Made by a program: the position numbers and the translations under genes. A stretch of DNA of 64,000 nt from Candidatus Omnitrophota bacterium. Its GTDB lineage: Bacteria > Omnitrophota > Omnitrophia > Omnitrophales > Aquincolibacteriaceae. Shown here piece by piece: positions 45,747 through 56,453 of the stretch. Location of the stretch: the NCBI GenBank assembly GCA_016196545.1, contig JACPXM010000022.1, forward strand, positions 5,064 to 69,063, written 5' to 3'. Within the stretch, counting starts at the first letter, position 1, and the number at the start of each line of letters is the position of its first letter. The notes under the pieces are model-generated. The model was not told the DNA's origin, did not search any database, and saw only the letters and a list, made by a program, of their open reading frames with translations.

Positions 45747-47101
45747 GCCCGGCGCGCCTTCAACTTTCCCCGCTTGATAAAGCCGTCATAATGACGCATC
45801 AAAAGCTGGGACTCAATGGACTGCATGGTGTCCAGCACCACGCCCACAATAATCAAAAGCCCGGTGCCGCCGAAAAAGCTTGCGATCAAAAAGGGAATAT
45901 TTAAAACCCTTGGCGACGAAATAATGCTGGGAAAGAGCGCAATCACGGCAAGAAAGATAGCCCCGCTTGCCGCGATCCGGGTCATAATATAGTCTAAATA
46001 TTCCGCCGTGTTTTTCCCGGGCCGTATCCCCGGAACAAACCCGCCGAATTTTTGTAGATTTTCACTGACCTCAATCGGATTAAACGTGATCGCAGTATAA
46101 AAAAACGTAAAGAACAAAATCAAAAATGCGTAAATCAAAGAATAGGCGACAGTCCCGTGCGCAAGTAGCTGCGCCGCTTTGGTCAATGCCCCCGCGTTGG
46201 GAAAAAACCCCGCCAGGGTCGCCGGAAACAATATCACGGATTGCGCGAAAATAATTGGAATCACTCCCGCCTGATTCACTTTAAGCGGCAAATAGGTGCT
46301 TTGCCCCCCGTAAACCCGGTTTCCCCGAATTTGGCGCGCGTACTGAACCGGAATTTTTCGCTGACCCTGAATGATCAAAATGACGCCGATAACCGTGCCC
46401 ACGAAAAGCGCAACCATAATCGAAAATTTCAGCCATGAAATCTGCTGATGCGATAGATCCAAGGGCGACAACAAAACCCAAGTCTGTAAAATCGCGGTTG
46501 GCAGCGAAGCGATAATGCCGGCCGTGATAATCACCGACATCCCGTTCCCGATTCCATATTGATCCACCTGTTCCCCGAGCCACATAATAAACGCGGTTCC
46601 CGTCGTAAGCGTCAACATGGTCATTAACCGGAATCCCCAGCCGGGATCGGGCACAATGACGGTGCCGTTAAAGGCCTGTGGATTTTCAAGCCAAAGGGCA
46701 ATGAAAAAGGTTTGAATCAAGCTCAGCAGCACAGTTCCATAGCGTGTGTACTGAATGATTTTTTTTCGGCCTTCTTCACCTTCCTTTGCCAGCTTTTCCA
46801 GTTGCGGAATCACCACCGTCAAAAGCTGCAGGATAATGGACGCCGAAATATACGGCATAATCCCCAACGCAAAGATCGTGGCCTTTTCCAGCGCGCCGCC
46901 GGAAAACATTCCCATAATGCCAAAGAGCGTCCCCCCGGGTGTGCGCGAAATGCTTTGAAAAAAACGCGCCAGGGCCGTTCCGTCAATTCCCGGTGTCGGA
47001 ACATAAGAACCGATACGGTAAATCACAATAATAAAGAGCGTAAAAAGAACTTTGTTCCTGAGTTCAGGAACTTTAAAAATATTGCCGAACGCTTGAATCA
47101 T
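45743..47101 (-). CDS. secY: Preprotein translocase subunit SecY
   Basis: 10-TM SecY sequence. I prefer ATG at 47101 (MIQAFGNIFKVPELR..), 4 nt after the rplO stop. The track start at 47161 is a GTG inside rplO. Confidence 0.93.
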   Translation of the reverse strand: MIQAFGNIFKVPELRNKVLFTLFIIVIYRIGSYVPTPGIDGTALARFFQSISRTPGGTLFGIMGMFSGGALEKATIFALGIMPYISASIILQLLTVVIPQLEKLAKEGEEGRKKIIQYTRYGTVLLSLIQTFFIALWLENPQAFNGTVIVPDPGWGFRLMTMLTLTTGTAFIMWLGEQVDQYGIGNGMSVIITAGIIASLPTAILQTWVLLSPLDLSHQQISWLKFSIMVALFVGTVIGVILIIQGQRKIPVQYARQIRGNRVYGGQSTYLPLKVNQAGVIPIIFAQSVILFPATLAGFFPNAGALTKAAQLLAHGTVAYSLIYAFLILFFTFFYTAITFNPIEVSENLQKFGGFVPGIRPGKNTAEYLDYIMTRIAASGAIFLAVIALFPSIISSPRVLNIPFLIASFFGGTGLLIIVGVVLDTMQSIESQLLMRHYDGFIKRGKLKARRA

Positions 47102-47105
47102 AATT

Positions 47106-47531
47106 TCAAAGGATGACGGCTTTACCGCCTGCCTTTTCAATTTTGGCTTTGGCAGATTCACTAAAGCGATGGGCCTTCACCGTCACCGCTTTTTTAAGCT
47201 CGCCAGTCCCCAAAATTTTTAAAGGCAAACGATCATTTTTTAAAAACCCTCGGTTTTTCAAAACTTCCGGCGTGATTTCCGCAGGCTCAAGCAATGCGAT
47301 TTGATCCAAATTCACAATGGCAAAGGCGCGCTTAAATTCTGCGTTATTAAAACCCCGTTTCGGGAGCCGGCGATAAAGTGGGTTTTGCCCCCCTTCAAAA
47401 CCGGGACGAAGCGCAAAACCAGAACGCGCCCTCTGGCCCTTATGCCCCTTCGTGGAAGTCTTACCGTGGCCCGAACCTATGCCGCAACCCAGTCTTTTTC
47501 GCCTTTTCTTATAAGGAAATTTTGCTCTCAT
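47106..47531 (-). CDS. rplO: 50S ribosomal protein L15
   Basis: 141-aa ORF, ..[19 protein letters not shown].. pattern. Confidence 0.93.
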   Translation of the reverse strand: MRAKFPYKKRRKRLGCGIGSGHGKTSTKGHKGQRARSGFALRPGFEGGQNPLYRRLPKRGFNNAEFKRAFAIVNLDQIALLEPAEITPEVLKNRGFLKNDRLPLKILGTGELKKAVTVKAHRFSESAKAKIEKAGGKAVIL

Positions 47532-48127
47532 GCCGAGGCCTGATTTTCTGTTTCATTTCGGATTTTGGAATTCACGAGCTGTTTTAATCCATCAAGGGTT
47601 GCCTTCAAAACGTTATTCGGATTATCGCTTCCCAGGCTTTTCGTTAAAATATCTTTGATCCCGCAGGATTCACAAACTGCGCGAACCGAACCCCCTGCGA
47701 TCACACCGGTGCCGGGTGCCGCAGGCTTTAAAAGAACGCGGGCCGCACCGTAAGTTCCAATCACTTCATGAGGAATCGTGGTTCCCTTTAAAGTGATTTT
47801 TAACTTGTGTTTATCCGCGGCGATAAGGGCCTTGCGAATGGCGTCGGCAACTTCACTCGCCTTTCCGAGGGCAAATCCGATTTCCCCCTTGCCGTCCCCT
47901 ACCACGACAAGCGCACTAAAATGAAAACGCCTGCCGCCTTTAACCACTTTTGCGCAACGGTTCACGTGAATTACCTTTTCATAATGTCCGGAACTGCCTG
48001 CGCCTTGCCCCCCCTGTTGGGAGGAACGGGAGGGGCGCCGCGGCTTTCCCTGTTTTTTCGGGGCTGCTGCGGCTTCTATAGTTTGCGTCACTGCGCCTGC
48101 TGTCGGTTGAACCTTTTCTTCATTCAT
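47528..48127 (-). CDS. rpsE: 30S ribosomal protein S5 (N-terminal extension)
   Basis: 199-aa ORF with an S5 core (..[30 protein letters not shown]..). It is followed directly by rplO, with no rpmD between. Confidence 0.93.
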   Translation of the reverse strand: MNEEKVQPTAGAVTQTIEAAAAPKKQGKPRRPSRSSQQGGQGAGSSGHYEKVIHVNRCAKVVKGGRRFHFSALVVVGDGKGEIGFALGKASEVADAIRKALIAADKHKLKITLKGTTIPHEVIGTYGAARVLLKPAAPGTGVIAGGSVRAVCESCGIKDILTKSLGSDNPNNVLKATLDGLKQLVNSKIRNETENQASA

Positions 48128-48486
48128 TAGAATTCAATACCCTCTTGGCGTAAGGATTCGGCAACCGCTTTAATCCTGCCGTGATAGATTAAACCACCGC
48201 GGTCAAAAGCGATTTTTCGAATTCCCTTTTCTTTGAGTTGCGCGGCAAAAAATTTTCCAAGTTTCGCTGCCGCGTTTTGCTTGCTTAATTTCCCTGCAGA
48301 TTTTACAAAACCCTTATCTTGAGTTGAAAAAGAAAACAGGGTCTTGGACTTCTCATCATTGATGACTTGACAATAGAGGTTCTTAAGGGACCTGTGCACA
48401 GAAAGACGAGGTCTTTCCGAGGTTCCAAAAATCTTTTTGCGAAGGCCTTTATGCCTCTTAACCCTTGAGTGTTCCCTGTTTTTCAT
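48127..48486 (-). CDS. rplR: 50S ribosomal protein L18
   Basis: 119-aa ORF, ..[18 protein letters not shown].., ..[14 protein letters not shown]... Confidence 0.93.
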   Translation of the reverse strand: MKNREHSRVKRHKGLRKKIFGTSERPRLSVHRSLKNLYCQVINDEKSKTLFSFSTQDKGFVKSAGKLSKQNAAAKLGKFFAAQLKEKGIRKIAFDRGGLIYHGRIKAVAESLRQEGIEF

Positions 48487-48494
48487 AAATGTTA

Positions 48495-49031
48495 TTACCC
48501 TACCGTCTTCCCTTGTTTGCGGCGAATCACTTCACCGGTATAACGAACTCCCTTACCCTTATAAGGCTCCGGTTCATGAAAACGCCTGATTTCGGCCGCC
48601 ACTTCCCCCACCAATTGTTTGTCAACTCCTGTGACGACGATGTGCGTGGGGGTTGTGCATTTGATCTGAATCCCTTCCGGAATCTTAAATTCCACAGGAT
48701 GCGTAAATCCCAGTGAAAGGGTCAATTGATTTCCCTTAACCGCCGCCTTAAAACCCACTCCCTCAATATCAAGTTCCTTCGTATATCCCTGAGTGACGCC
48801 TAAGACCATGTTTTGAATCAGGTTACGGGTCAAACCGTGAAGGGAACGGTCGGTTCGAATATCCGAAGGGCGTGTCACCTCGACCTGTTTGTCCGTCAAT
48901 TGGACGTTCATTCGGGGGTGAACCGAAAGGTCCATTTTTCCTTTAGGGCCCTGAACATTCAAGTGACGTCCCTCTAACTGGACTTTTACGCCCGACGGAA
49001 TCAATACTGGTTTTCTCCCGACTCTTGACAT
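48495..49031 (-). CDS. rplF: 50S ribosomal protein L6
   Basis: 178-aa ORF, MSRVGRKPVLIPSGVKV... Confidence 0.94.
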   Translation of the reverse strand: MSRVGRKPVLIPSGVKVQLEGRHLNVQGPKGKMDLSVHPRMNVQLTDKQVEVTRPSDIRTDRSLHGLTRNLIQNMVLGVTQGYTKELDIEGVGFKAAVKGNQLTLSLGFTHPVEFKIPEGIQIKCTTPTHIVVTGVDKQLVGEVAAEIRRFHEPEPYKGKGVRYTGEVIRRKQGKTVG

Positions 49032-49056
49032 GACGTGTCAGCTCCTTGTTAGCCGA

Positions 49057-49455
49057 TTACCAAACCGTGCAAATCAGCTCACCACCGATTTTGCTCTCGC
49101 GGGCCTTGCGGTCCGTCAAAATACCTTTGGAGGTCGAAACAATCGCAATTCCAAGCCCCCCTTGCACACGAGGGATTTTTGTACAACCGACATAAGAGCG
49201 AAGCCCCGGTCTTGAAACCCGCTTCAAACCCTGAATGGCGGGCTTCTTTCCCCGAATATACTTGAGATGAATCCGGATAAAACGTCTCTTACCTTCCGAG
49301 AAAACCTTCACATTTTCGATGAAGCCTTCTTCTTTTAGAATTTCTGCGATCTTCACTGCCGCATTGGAAGCGGGCACCGTGACCTTTTCCAAATGGGCCC
49401 GTGAAGCATTGCGTATAACCGTCAAAAAATCAGCGATAAAATCAGTACAGGGCAT
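49057..49455 (-). CDS. rpsH: 30S ribosomal protein S8
   Basis: 132-aa ORF, ..DFIADFLTVIRNA.., ..GGELICTVW end. Confidence 0.94.
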   Translation of the reverse strand: MPCTDFIADFLTVIRNASRAHLEKVTVPASNAAVKIAEILKEEGFIENVKVFSEGKRRFIRIHLKYIRGKKPAIQGLKRVSRPGLRSYVGCTKIPRVQGGLGIAIVSTSKGILTDRKARESKIGGELICTVW

Positions 49456-49467
49456 GAATGAACTCCT

Positions 49468-49653
49468 TTACCAGCTTGATTTTACAACGCCAGGGATCAT
49501 TCCCTGACTGGCAAGTTCCCGGAAACAAATCCTGCAAAGTGCGAATTTTCGGATATAGCCGCGCGGGCGACCACAGTTTTTGCAACGATGGTATTTTCTG
49601 ACTTTAAACTTAGGTTCCCGCTGTTGTTTTACAATAAGACATGTTTTCGCCAT
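49468..49653 (-). CDS. rpsN: 30S ribosomal protein S14, type Z (zinc-binding)
   Basis: 61-aa ORF with CKNCGR..CRIC cysteines and a ..PGVVKSSW end. Confidence 0.94.
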   Translation of the reverse strand: MAKTCLIVKQQREPKFKVRKYHRCKNCGRPRGYIRKFALCRICFRELASQGMIPGVVKSSW

Positions 49654-49658
49654 AAAAT

Positions 49659-50282
49659 CTATGCAACTCCCTTATCATTTTTTGAGGAAGGCTCCTGCTT
49701 TCGGAAAGGAAACCCTAAAAGCTCAAGCAGCCTTTTGGCCTCTTTTTTATTTTGGGCCGTTGTCACAAAGGTAATGTCCATGCCTTTTATTCTTTTTACT
49801 TTGTCAAACTCCACTTCCGGAAAAATGGTTTGCTCTTGAATCCCAAGGGAATAATTTCCCCGGTCATCAAAACTATTTTCCGCATAACCGCGAAAGTCAC
49901 GGATACGGGGCATGGCCACATTAAAAAGACGGTCCATAAATTCATACATACGGGCGCGGCGCAACGTCACCTTGAGACCCACGGGCGAACCCTCGCGCAA
50001 TTTAAAACCGGAAATTGATTTTTTGGCGCGCGTCGTGATCGGTTTTTGACCGGTAATCTGCCCCAATTCATGGGAAAGTTGTTCCAGAAGTTTTACGTCT
50101 TCCTGACCTTCCTTCACACCGATATTCACAACTACTTTTTGAAGCCTTGGCACCTGCATCACATTTTCATATTGAAACTCTTCCCGGAGCGCGGAAATTA
50201 TTTCCTGCCGGTATTTTTGCCGAAGGCGCGGATTTAGCGGCACTGCGCCTTCCTGAACTTTTTTTTCAGAATCCTTTTTCAC
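49659..50282 (-). CDS. rplE: 50S ribosomal protein L5
   Basis: L5 core (..[11 protein letters not shown].., ..[11 protein letters not shown]..). The track start at 50282 is a GTG. An internal GTG at 50243, preceded by AGGAAGG, would give the canonical (M)[10 protein letters not shown].., so the start is uncertain. Confidence 0.88.
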   Translation of the reverse strand: MKKDSEKKVQEGAVPLNPRLRQKYRQEIISALREEFQYENVMQVPRLQKVVVNIGVKEGQEDVKLLEQLSHELGQITGQKPITTRAKKSISGFKLREGSPVGLKVTLRRARMYEFMDRLFNVAMPRIRDFRGYAENSFDDRGNYSLGIQEQTIFPEVEFDKVKRIKGMDITFVTTAQNKKEAKRLLELLGFPFRKQEPSSKNDKGVA

Positions 50283-50288
50283 GAAATC

Positions 50289-50603
50289 TTATCCTCCTAA
50301 AATCTCATGGCAGCGCTTGCAATTTCTTTGCTTTGTCCCGTCAGCAAGGATGCTGTATCCCACACGCGTCGGTTTTCCGCAGCGAGGGCAAACCACCTTC
50401 ACATTCGCAATTGAAATTTTACCTTCCACTTTTGTGACACCACCCTTGGGATTGGCCTGGGAACGGCGCAAATAGACGGTCTGATAATTCACTTTCTCAA
50501 TCAAAAGAGAAGCGTCCACAGGAAAAATTTTCATCACTCGCCCTTTTTTTCCCTTGTCTTTACCCACTGTGACAAGGACTTGGTCATCTTTACGTATTCT
50601 CAT
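50289..50603 (-). CDS. rplX: 50S ribosomal protein L24
   Basis: 104-aa [26 protein letters not shown].. (KOW motif). Confidence 0.93.
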   Translation of the reverse strand: MRIRKDDQVLVTVGKDKGKKGRVMKIFPVDASLLIEKVNYQTVYLRRSQANPKGGVTKVEGKISIANVKVVCPRCGKPTRVGYSILADGTKQRNCKRCHEILGG

Positions 50604-50971
50604 TAGACCACCTCGGGAGCAAGGGAAAGAATTTTTGTGAACTCTTTGTCCCGGAGCTCGCGGGCCACAGGACCAAAAATGCGGGTCCCTCGGGGATTCT
50701 TTTGATTATCAATCAAAACCATGGCATTGGAAGAAAACCGGACACTGGAACCGTCTTTACGGTGAATGGGTGATTTAGTTCGTACAATCACGGCTTTGAC
50801 AACCTCTCCTTTTTTCACACTGCCTTCCGGCATGGCTTCCTTGACATTGGCGGTAATGACGTCCCCAATTTCGGCAATCCGCTTGCCGCGGCGGCCGATC
50901 ACACCAATCATCGAGGCCTTTTTAGCGCCACTGTTGTCTGCGATTTCTAAAATCGAACGAATTTGAATCAT
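50603..50971 (-). CDS. rplN: 50S ribosomal protein L14
   Basis: ATG at 50971 gives [18 protein letters not shown].. and forms an ATGA overlap with the rpsQ stop. Confidence 0.94.
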   Translation of the reverse strand: MIQIRSILEIADNSGAKKASMIGVIGRRGKRIAEIGDVITANVKEAMPEGSVKKGEVVKAVIVRTKSPIHRKDGSSVRFSSNAMVLIDNQKNPRGTRIFGPVARELRDKEFTKILSLAPEVV

Positions 50972-51231
50972 GACCCCAGCACCTTCACGAGTCTCCAACG
51001 CTTGGTTTTGGAAATCGGCCGGGTTTCCATAATTTGAACTTTCTGACCCGCCTTGGCCTCACGCTTTTCATCATGCGCGGCATATTTGACCTTGCGGCTT
51101 ATGATTTTTTTAAACTGCGGATGCTCGGTAAGCCGAGTCACTTCAACAATAATGGTTTTTTCCATTTTGTCACTGAGGACGACTCCCTCGCGCACTCTCG
51201 CCCGGCTGCGTCCCTTTGGTTCCTGGCTCAT
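50968..51231 (-). CDS. rpsQ: 30S ribosomal protein S17
   Basis: 87-aa ORF, ..[18 protein letters not shown].., ..KYAAHDE... Confidence 0.93.
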   Translation of the reverse strand: MSQEPKGRSRARVREGVVLSDKMEKTIIVEVTRLTEHPQFKKIISRKVKYAAHDEKREAKAGQKVQIMETRPISKTKRWRLVKVLGS

Positions 51232-51428
51232 AATTTTTCCGTCCCTTTCTTCTCCCCCACAAGGGTGAGGGCGCGGGCAACGTCCCGCCTCAATTCTTTA
51301 ATTGCGGATTGCCGTTCCAATTTCCCGGTTTTCGCCTGAAAGCGAAGCTGCATCAAATCTCTTTTCCAATTTCGAACTTTTTCTTGAAGTTCCTCCACGC
51401 TTAAACCGCGCAGTTCCGATACCTTCAT
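51228..51428 (-). CDS. rpmC: 50S ribosomal protein L29
   Basis: I prefer ATG at 51428 ([18 protein letters not shown]..). The track start at 51440 is a TTG overlapping rplP. Confidence 0.9.
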   Translation of the reverse strand: MKVSELRGLSVEELQEKVRNWKRDLMQLRFQAKTGKLERQSAIKELRRDVARALTLVGEKKGTEKL

Positions 51429-51429
51429 T

Positions 51430-51846
51430 TTAAACTCCAAATCTTTTTACAAATTTTGTCCGAAACGGGATTTTATGCGCGCAAAGCCGCAATGCGGATT
51501 TCGCGAGGGTTTCCGGGATCCCTCCCATTTCAAAAAGGATGCGGCCCGGCTTTACCACCGCCACATAATATTCGGGCGCGCCTTTGCCTTTTCCCATGCG
51601 AGTTTCCGCAGGCTTTTTGGAATAAGCTTTATCGGGAAAGACCCGAAGCCAAATTTTCCCGCCCCGCTTGACATGACGTGTAAGGGCCACGCGTGCGGCT
51701 TCAATTTGAATCGCGGTCAGCCATCCCCGGTCCAGAGATTTGAGGCCAAATTCACCGAACGCCAAATCCGCCCCCCGTGTGGCAACCCCTCCAAGCCATC
51801 CCCGCTGCTGCTTGCGAAATTTAACTCTTTTGGGCATGAGGGCCAT
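51430..51846 (-). CDS. rplP: 50S ribosomal protein L16
   Basis: 138-aa [19 protein letters not shown]... Confidence 0.95.
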   Translation of the reverse strand: MALMPKRVKFRKQQRGWLGGVATRGADLAFGEFGLKSLDRGWLTAIQIEAARVALTRHVKRGGKIWLRVFPDKAYSKKPAETRMGKGKGAPEYYVAVVKPGRILFEMGGIPETLAKSALRLCAHKIPFRTKFVKRFGV

Positions 51847-51852
51847 GATAAA

Positions 51853-52734
51853 TTAATTCTCCGACTCGAATTCCTGCTTTTTTTCAGCTTTGGATTCAAT
51901 TTTTGATTCACTCGGCGAAGCGGGCTCTTGCCCTGATTTAATTTCCTCCGCAGGGACCCGTTTTTTAGCCTTTGAAACTAATTTCTTTGGCGTCGACGGA
52001 GCGCCCGCCTGACCCGTCTCTGACGCTTCAGATTTTTCCGCAACCTCAGTTTGTTCCTCCTGCCCGAATCGCTGAATATGGGCAAGACGCTGGGCCGCCT
52101 CTTCCTTTTTCACCAGGATGTCGCCTTTATAAATCCATACTTTGCAGCCAATCGTACCGTAAGTGGTAAATGCCTCGGCAAAACCGTAATCAATATCCGC
52201 GCGAAACGTGCTCAGCGGAACCTTTCCTTCATGATATTTTTCATCCCGCGCGATTTCAGCACCGCCCAGACGCCCTTTGCAAAGAACTTTGATACCAAGC
52301 GCTCCCTTCGACATAGCCAGTTGGACAGATTTTTTCATTGCACGGCGAAAACCCACACGCTTTTCAAGCTGCATGGCGATATTTTCCGCCACAAGCTGAC
52401 CGTCTGTTTGGGGGGATTTCACTTCTTTAATATCCACAAAGAGCTCATCTTGCGTCAAGGCACCCAATTCTTCTTTAATCTTGTCGATTTCCTGTCCGCG
52501 ACGGCCGATAATCACACCTGGACGGGCCGTATGAATTCTCACGCGCACGCGGCCGCTGGAACGTTCAATCTCAACATTTGAAATTCCAGCAAAGGCCAGC
52601 TTCTTTTTCAAAAATTTTCGCAGCTTCAAGTCTTCGTGAAGAAACTGACTGAAATTTTTCCGCGCAAACCAGCGTGCCTTCCATGGCTTGATATACCCTA
52701 ATCTTAATCCGTAAGGATGTGCTTTTTGACCCAC
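51853..52734 (-). CDS. rpsC: 30S ribosomal protein S3 with ~80-aa acidic/lysine-rich C-terminal tail
   Basis: GTG start at 52734 preceded by AAGGAGG (52740-52746). (M)[13 protein letters not shown].., with KH and S3-C domains. Confidence 0.94.
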   Translation of the reverse strand: MGQKAHPYGLRLGYIKPWKARWFARKNFSQFLHEDLKLRKFLKKKLAFAGISNVEIERSSGRVRVRIHTARPGVIIGRRGQEIDKIKEELGALTQDELFVDIKEVKSPQTDGQLVAENIAMQLEKRVGFRRAMKKSVQLAMSKGALGIKVLCKGRLGGAEIARDEKYHEGKVPLSTFRADIDYGFAEAFTTYGTIGCKVWIYKGDILVKKEEAAQRLAHIQRFGQEEQTEVAEKSEASETGQAGAPSTPKKLVSKAKKRVPAEEIKSGQEPASPSESKIESKAEKKQEFESEN

Positions 52735-52751
52735 CCAATCCTCCTTAAACT

Positions 52752-52843
52752 CCTAGTACCGCGTCATTTTAAATTTTAGGGGTTCGCGGTACTGTGCAGA
52801 TTGAAATTGAAACCCCTAATTTCAATCTTGACGACGCACTAGG
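52752..52843 (-). repeat. Double-hairpin repeat element, copy B, in the rplV-rpsC spacer
   Basis: Its reverse complement matches copy A (44/44 nt core 52752-52795; hairpin 52801-52826 about 85%). It is bounded by CCTAGT (52752-52757) and ACTAGG (52838-52843). The latter contains the rplV TAG stop. Confidence 0.85.
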
Positions 52844-53324
52844 CTTTCTGCTTGATTGTCTTTTTCTTCTTTTGTTCTGCGGCTTTATCCAAGCTTGCCG
52901 CATCGCTTTGAGGCGTCCCAAACGTTTTCCACTCTTTCGTACCTTCTTTGAGGGTGATTGAAAGATGTGTTGTTCTTTTAATAATGCGATCCGCACGGCC
53001 CATGGAGCGGGACATAAAGCGCTTCATCACTGTCCCTCCATCCGCGCGAACCTCTGAAACATAAAGACGATTTTCATTCATGCCTAGCACCTTGGCATTG
53101 GCAACCGCAGATTTGAGGAGTTTTTCAGTCATCCGAGCGGCCTTTTTCTTTACCGTCATCAAAATCGGAAAGGCCTTGACAATTGGCTCGTGACGAATCG
53201 TGTCGATCACAAGCCGCATCTTGCGCGGCGAAATCTTAAGGAATTTGACGCGTGCAAAGGCCTTTCGGGATTCCACCAACGGATTGAGAGGTTCCGATTT
53301 TTGAGTTTGTTTGGTTTCTTTCAT
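52839..53324 (-). CDS. rplV: 50S ribosomal protein L22 (N- and C-terminal extensions)
   Basis: L22 core (..ISPRKMRLVIDTIRHEPI..). I prefer ATG at 53324 (MKETKQ..). The track start at 53348 is a TTG inside rpsS. Confidence 0.9.
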   Translation of the reverse strand: MKETKQTQKSEPLNPLVESRKAFARVKFLKISPRKMRLVIDTIRHEPIVKAFPILMTVKKKAARMTEKLLKSAVANAKVLGMNENRLYVSEVRADGGTVMKRFMSRSMGRADRIIKRTTHLSITLKEGTKEWKTFGTPQSDAASLDKAAEQKKKKTIKQKA

Positions 53325-53325
53325 T

Positions 53326-53625
53326 TTAAGCTTTCGCCGCCGTTGCAAGGGCCTTGGCCTTGTCCTGCGAAGTACTATGCTTTTTAAAGGTTCGCGTCGG
53401 TGAAAATTCCCCGAGTTTATGACCCACCATATTTTCTGTCACAAAAACCTTATGAAAAATTTTCCCGTTGTGCACCTCAAACGTCACGCCCACAAATTCA
53501 GGGACAATGGTAGAACGCCGAGACCATGTCTTGATCGGCCGGCGGTCCTTTCTTTGAACAGCAACCTTAACCTTCTTTGCAAGCTTCTCATCCAGATAAA
53601 CACCTTTTTTCGAGGAGCGACTCAT
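53326..53625 (-). CDS. rpsS: 30S ribosomal protein S19
   Basis: 99-aa [18 protein letters not shown].., ..[16 protein letters not shown]... Confidence 0.95.
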   Translation of the reverse strand: MSRSSKKGVYLDEKLAKKVKVAVQRKDRRPIKTWSRRSTIVPEFVGVTFEVHNGKIFHKVFVTENMVGHKLGEFSPTRTFKKHSTSQDKAKALATAAKA

Positions 53626-54449
53626 TTTCTTCTATCCTTCACAATATATTTGTTAGTCCATTTATGGCGCTGGCGAGTTCGAAGACCCTTGGCCTTCTGC
53701 CCCCACGGACTTTGAGGATGATTACCGCCTTTTGATTTGCCCTCACCCCCGCCCATCGGATGGTCCACAGGATTTCGAACCACGCCGCGGCTACACGGGC
53801 GAATCCCAAGCCAGCGCGAGCGCCCAGCCTTTCCAAGGGCAACGTTTTCATGTTCAATATTTGAACATTGTCCAATCGTGGCATAAGCCCCGATGGGAAT
53901 CATTCTGACTTCCCCGGAAGGAAGTTTAAGATGCGCATAGTCATTTTCTTTAGAGAGGATTTGCGCCACGCCTCCCGCAGAACGGACCAATTTTCCGCCC
54001 GTCCCTGGGATGAGTTCAACATTGTGAACCGGTGTTCCTTCGGGAATGGCTTTAAGCGGAAGGTGATTCCCTACCCTCACCTCGGCCGTTTCTCCGCTCA
54101 TCACGGAGTCTCCGACTTTGAGGCCGTCCGGGCAAAGGATATAACTTTTAAGACCATCCTGATATTCAATCAGCGAAATCCGCGTACCCCGATTGGGATC
54201 GTATTCAACCGTCAGCACTTTTCCGGGAATACCAAAATGATTGCGGCGAAAATCAATCATTCGGTAACGTCTTTTGTGACCCCCGCCCCGATGCCGTGAG
54301 GTAATATGGCCGTTCGCATTTCTCCCGCCTGAACTCCGGACCGCTTCCGTGAGCGGCTTATAGGGTTTTTTGGTCGTAAGCTCCGCGAAATCCGAAACGC
54401 TTCCAAAGCGTCGGGTCGGAGTTGTGGGTTTAAATTTTACAAGCGGCAT
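53622..54449 (-). CDS. rplB: 50S ribosomal protein L2
   Basis: ATG at 54449 ([15 protein letters not shown]..) preceded by GAGGAG. The track start at 54491 overlaps rplW. Confidence 0.95.
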   Translation of the reverse strand: MPLVKFKPTTPTRRFGSVSDFAELTTKKPYKPLTEAVRSSGGRNANGHITSRHRGGGHKRRYRMIDFRRNHFGIPGKVLTVEYDPNRGTRISLIEYQDGLKSYILCPDGLKVGDSVMSGETAEVRVGNHLPLKAIPEGTPVHNVELIPGTGGKLVRSAGGVAQILSKENDYAHLKLPSGEVRMIPIGAYATIGQCSNIEHENVALGKAGRSRWLGIRPCSRGVVRNPVDHPMGGGEGKSKGGNHPQSPWGQKAKGLRTRQRHKWTNKYIVKDRRK

Positions 54450-54459
54450 TTTAATCTCC

Positions 54460-54753
54460 TCAAGCCTTCGTCGTAACGTCGATTTTTTCACCTTTTTTAA
54501 GGGTGACGATCGCCTTTTTCCAATCGGAGGTTTTTCCGGGCTGAAACCGGACCCGGCGCCATTTCCCGCCCTGAATGGAAGTGTTCACTCGAATCACGTG
54601 AACGTTATAAATTTTCTCAATCGCGGCGCGAATTTGTACTTTATTGGCCTTGGGATAAACCCGGAAAGCATATTTAGCAAGCTTTTCAGTATCCTTGGCC
54701 ACTTTTTCCGTAATCAAAGGTTCTTGAATGACTTCGTATAAATCGATTTTCAT
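54460..54753 (-). CDS. rplW: 50S ribosomal protein L23
   Basis: 97-aa ORF, ..[11 protein letters not shown].., in the conserved rplD-rplW-rplB order. Confidence 0.93.
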   Translation of the reverse strand: MKIDLYEVIQEPLITEKVAKDTEKLAKYAFRVYPKANKVQIRAAIEKIYNVHVIRVNTSIQGGKWRRVRFQPGKTSDWKKAIVTLKKGEKIDVTTKA

Positions 54754-54760
54754 AATCGCT

Positions 54761-55411
54761 TTATTCCTCTTTGGCCTTCGCGAAACTCATGAGCCGCTCC
54801 TCCAAGAGCGGGAGGGCGTTTTCTTCAATAATAATTTTATCGCGCTGAAGAACTTGATAAGCATTTAAGTCCCGGGCCTTTTCTACCTGCACGAGCCACT
54901 GCATATTTTGACTTGCGCGGTCGAGATGGGTGTCTTTTTCTTTCACGACACAAAGGGCCCGCTTGCCTTGAAGCGGAAGGGCCTTAAGAATCTCCGCCCA
55001 CTCTTTGGTCTTTCCCGTGGAAAGGCCCACTTCCTCAAGAACCATCAAATTCTTCTGATCCCCCTTTAGACTCAGCGCAGAAATAAGCGCTTGATTACGC
55101 ATTTTTTTTGGGAGTGCGGTGTAATAATCCCGGGGATGGGGACCAAACGTCGTTCCCCCGCCGCGCCAAATCGGAGAGCGGATGGAACCATGTCTTGCGC
55201 GTCCCGTTCCCTTTTGCTTCCAGGGCTTTTTCCCGCCGCCACGCACTTCCTTGCGCGTTTTGGTGGACGCCGTCCCTTTTCTAAGATTCGCGGCATAAGC
55301 CTTGTGGATGAGTTCAAGAAGCCTTTTATTGATCCGGGCCGCAAAAATTTCCGGCGCAAGAACGAGCTCGCCTTTTTTATTTCCTGTTTTTGAATAAACC
55401 GGTGCTTTCAT
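54761..55411 (-). CDS. rplD: 50S ribosomal protein L4
   Basis: I prefer ATG at 55411 ([16 protein letters not shown]..), preceded by AAGGA. L4 core ..[25 protein letters not shown]... Confidence 0.93.
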   Translation of the reverse strand: MKAPVYSKTGNKKGELVLAPEIFAARINKRLLELIHKAYAANLRKGTASTKTRKEVRGGGKKPWKQKGTGRARHGSIRSPIWRGGGTTFGPHPRDYYTALPKKMRNQALISALSLKGDQKNLMVLEEVGLSTGKTKEWAEILKALPLQGKRALCVVKEKDTHLDRASQNMQWLVQVEKARDLNAYQVLQRDKIIIEENALPLLEERLMSFAKAKEE

Positions 55412-55418
55412 TTTTTCC

Positions 55419-56132
55419 TTAGGTTTTTTCTTCTGAAGAACCTTCGGCTTTCGAATTTTCAACCGCAGGCTTTTCGAGTTTCCAGCTTCGCTTCGGACCT
55501 CGCCTCAGCGCGGTTCGAATCACCAAATATCCCCCCTCAGCGCCGGGCACCGAACCCTTCACGATAAGGAGATTATTTTCAAGATCTACCTTGACAACTT
55601 TAAGGCTTTGTACCGTAACATTTTCATTTCCCATACGACCGGCCGCCCGCATTCCCTTGACCACGCGGGAAGGAAAGGAGGAGGCTCCGATAGAACCGGG
55701 AACGCGCCCAAACATGGAGCCATGGCTTTTACTGGCGCCTCCCTTAAAATGATGACGTTTGACAACCCCTTGAAATCCCCGGCCAATGGAAACCCCTTCG
55801 ACATCTATGAAATCCCCGACTTCAAATTGATTCACTTTAAGCTGCTGACCCACTTGAAGACCTTCCGTCTGTTCTGTCCGGATTTCCCGCACAAACCGGA
55901 CGGGAGGAATTTTTGTTTTATGAAATTGGCCCAGCAAAGGCTTCGATAATTGTTTTTCCTTTGCCCGGTCAAAACCCAGTTGAATCGACGAATAACCATT
56001 TTTTTCCTTGCTTTGCAACGAGGTCACATGGCAAGGACCGACCTCAAGAACACTTACCGGAACTTGGCGGCCTTCCTCGTCAAAAATTTGGGTCATTCCG
56101 ACCTTTTTTCCTAAAAGTCCTATTCTTGTCAT
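55419..56132 (-). CDS. rplC: 50S ribosomal protein L3
   Basis: 237-aa ORF, ..[16 protein letters not shown].., ..[16 protein letters not shown]... Confidence 0.95.
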   Translation of the reverse strand: MTRIGLLGKKVGMTQIFDEEGRQVPVSVLEVGPCHVTSLQSKEKNGYSSIQLGFDRAKEKQLSKPLLGQFHKTKIPPVRFVREIRTEQTEGLQVGQQLKVNQFEVGDFIDVEGVSIGRGFQGVVKRHHFKGGASKSHGSMFGRVPGSIGASSFPSRVVKGMRAAGRMGNENVTVQSLKVVKVDLENNLLIVKGSVPGAEGGYLVIRTALRRGPKRSWKLEKPAVENSKAEGSSEEKT

Positions 56133-56440
56133 AATTTTATTTCCACATCCACGCCAGCAGGAAGATCAAGTTTCATCAGCGCGTCTACGGTGCGGGAGGT
56201 GGGATCCTCAATATCCATTAAACGTTTATGAGTACGGATTTCAAATTGGTCCCTTGCCTTTTTATCAATGGTCGGGCCCTTTAACACCGTTGTTTTCCAA
56301 ATATGCGTGGGCAAGGGAATCGGTCCGATCACCTTGGCGCCCGTTCTTTTCGCGGTGCTGACAATTTCCTGTACGGACTGGTCTAATACCCGGTGATCGT
56401 AAGCCCTGAGTTTAATCCGAATTTTCTCCTTGGATGCCAT
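56129..56440 (-). CDS. rpsJ: 30S ribosomal protein S10
   Basis: 103-aa ORF, ..[17 protein letters not shown].., ..RTHKRLMDI... Confidence 0.95.
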   Translation of the reverse strand: MASKEKIRIKLRAYDHRVLDQSVQEIVSTAKRTGAKVIGPIPLPTHIWKTTVLKGPTIDKKARDQFEIRTHKRLMDIEDPTSRTVDALMKLDLPAGVDVEIKL

Positions 56441-56453
56441 TCTAATAACTCCC

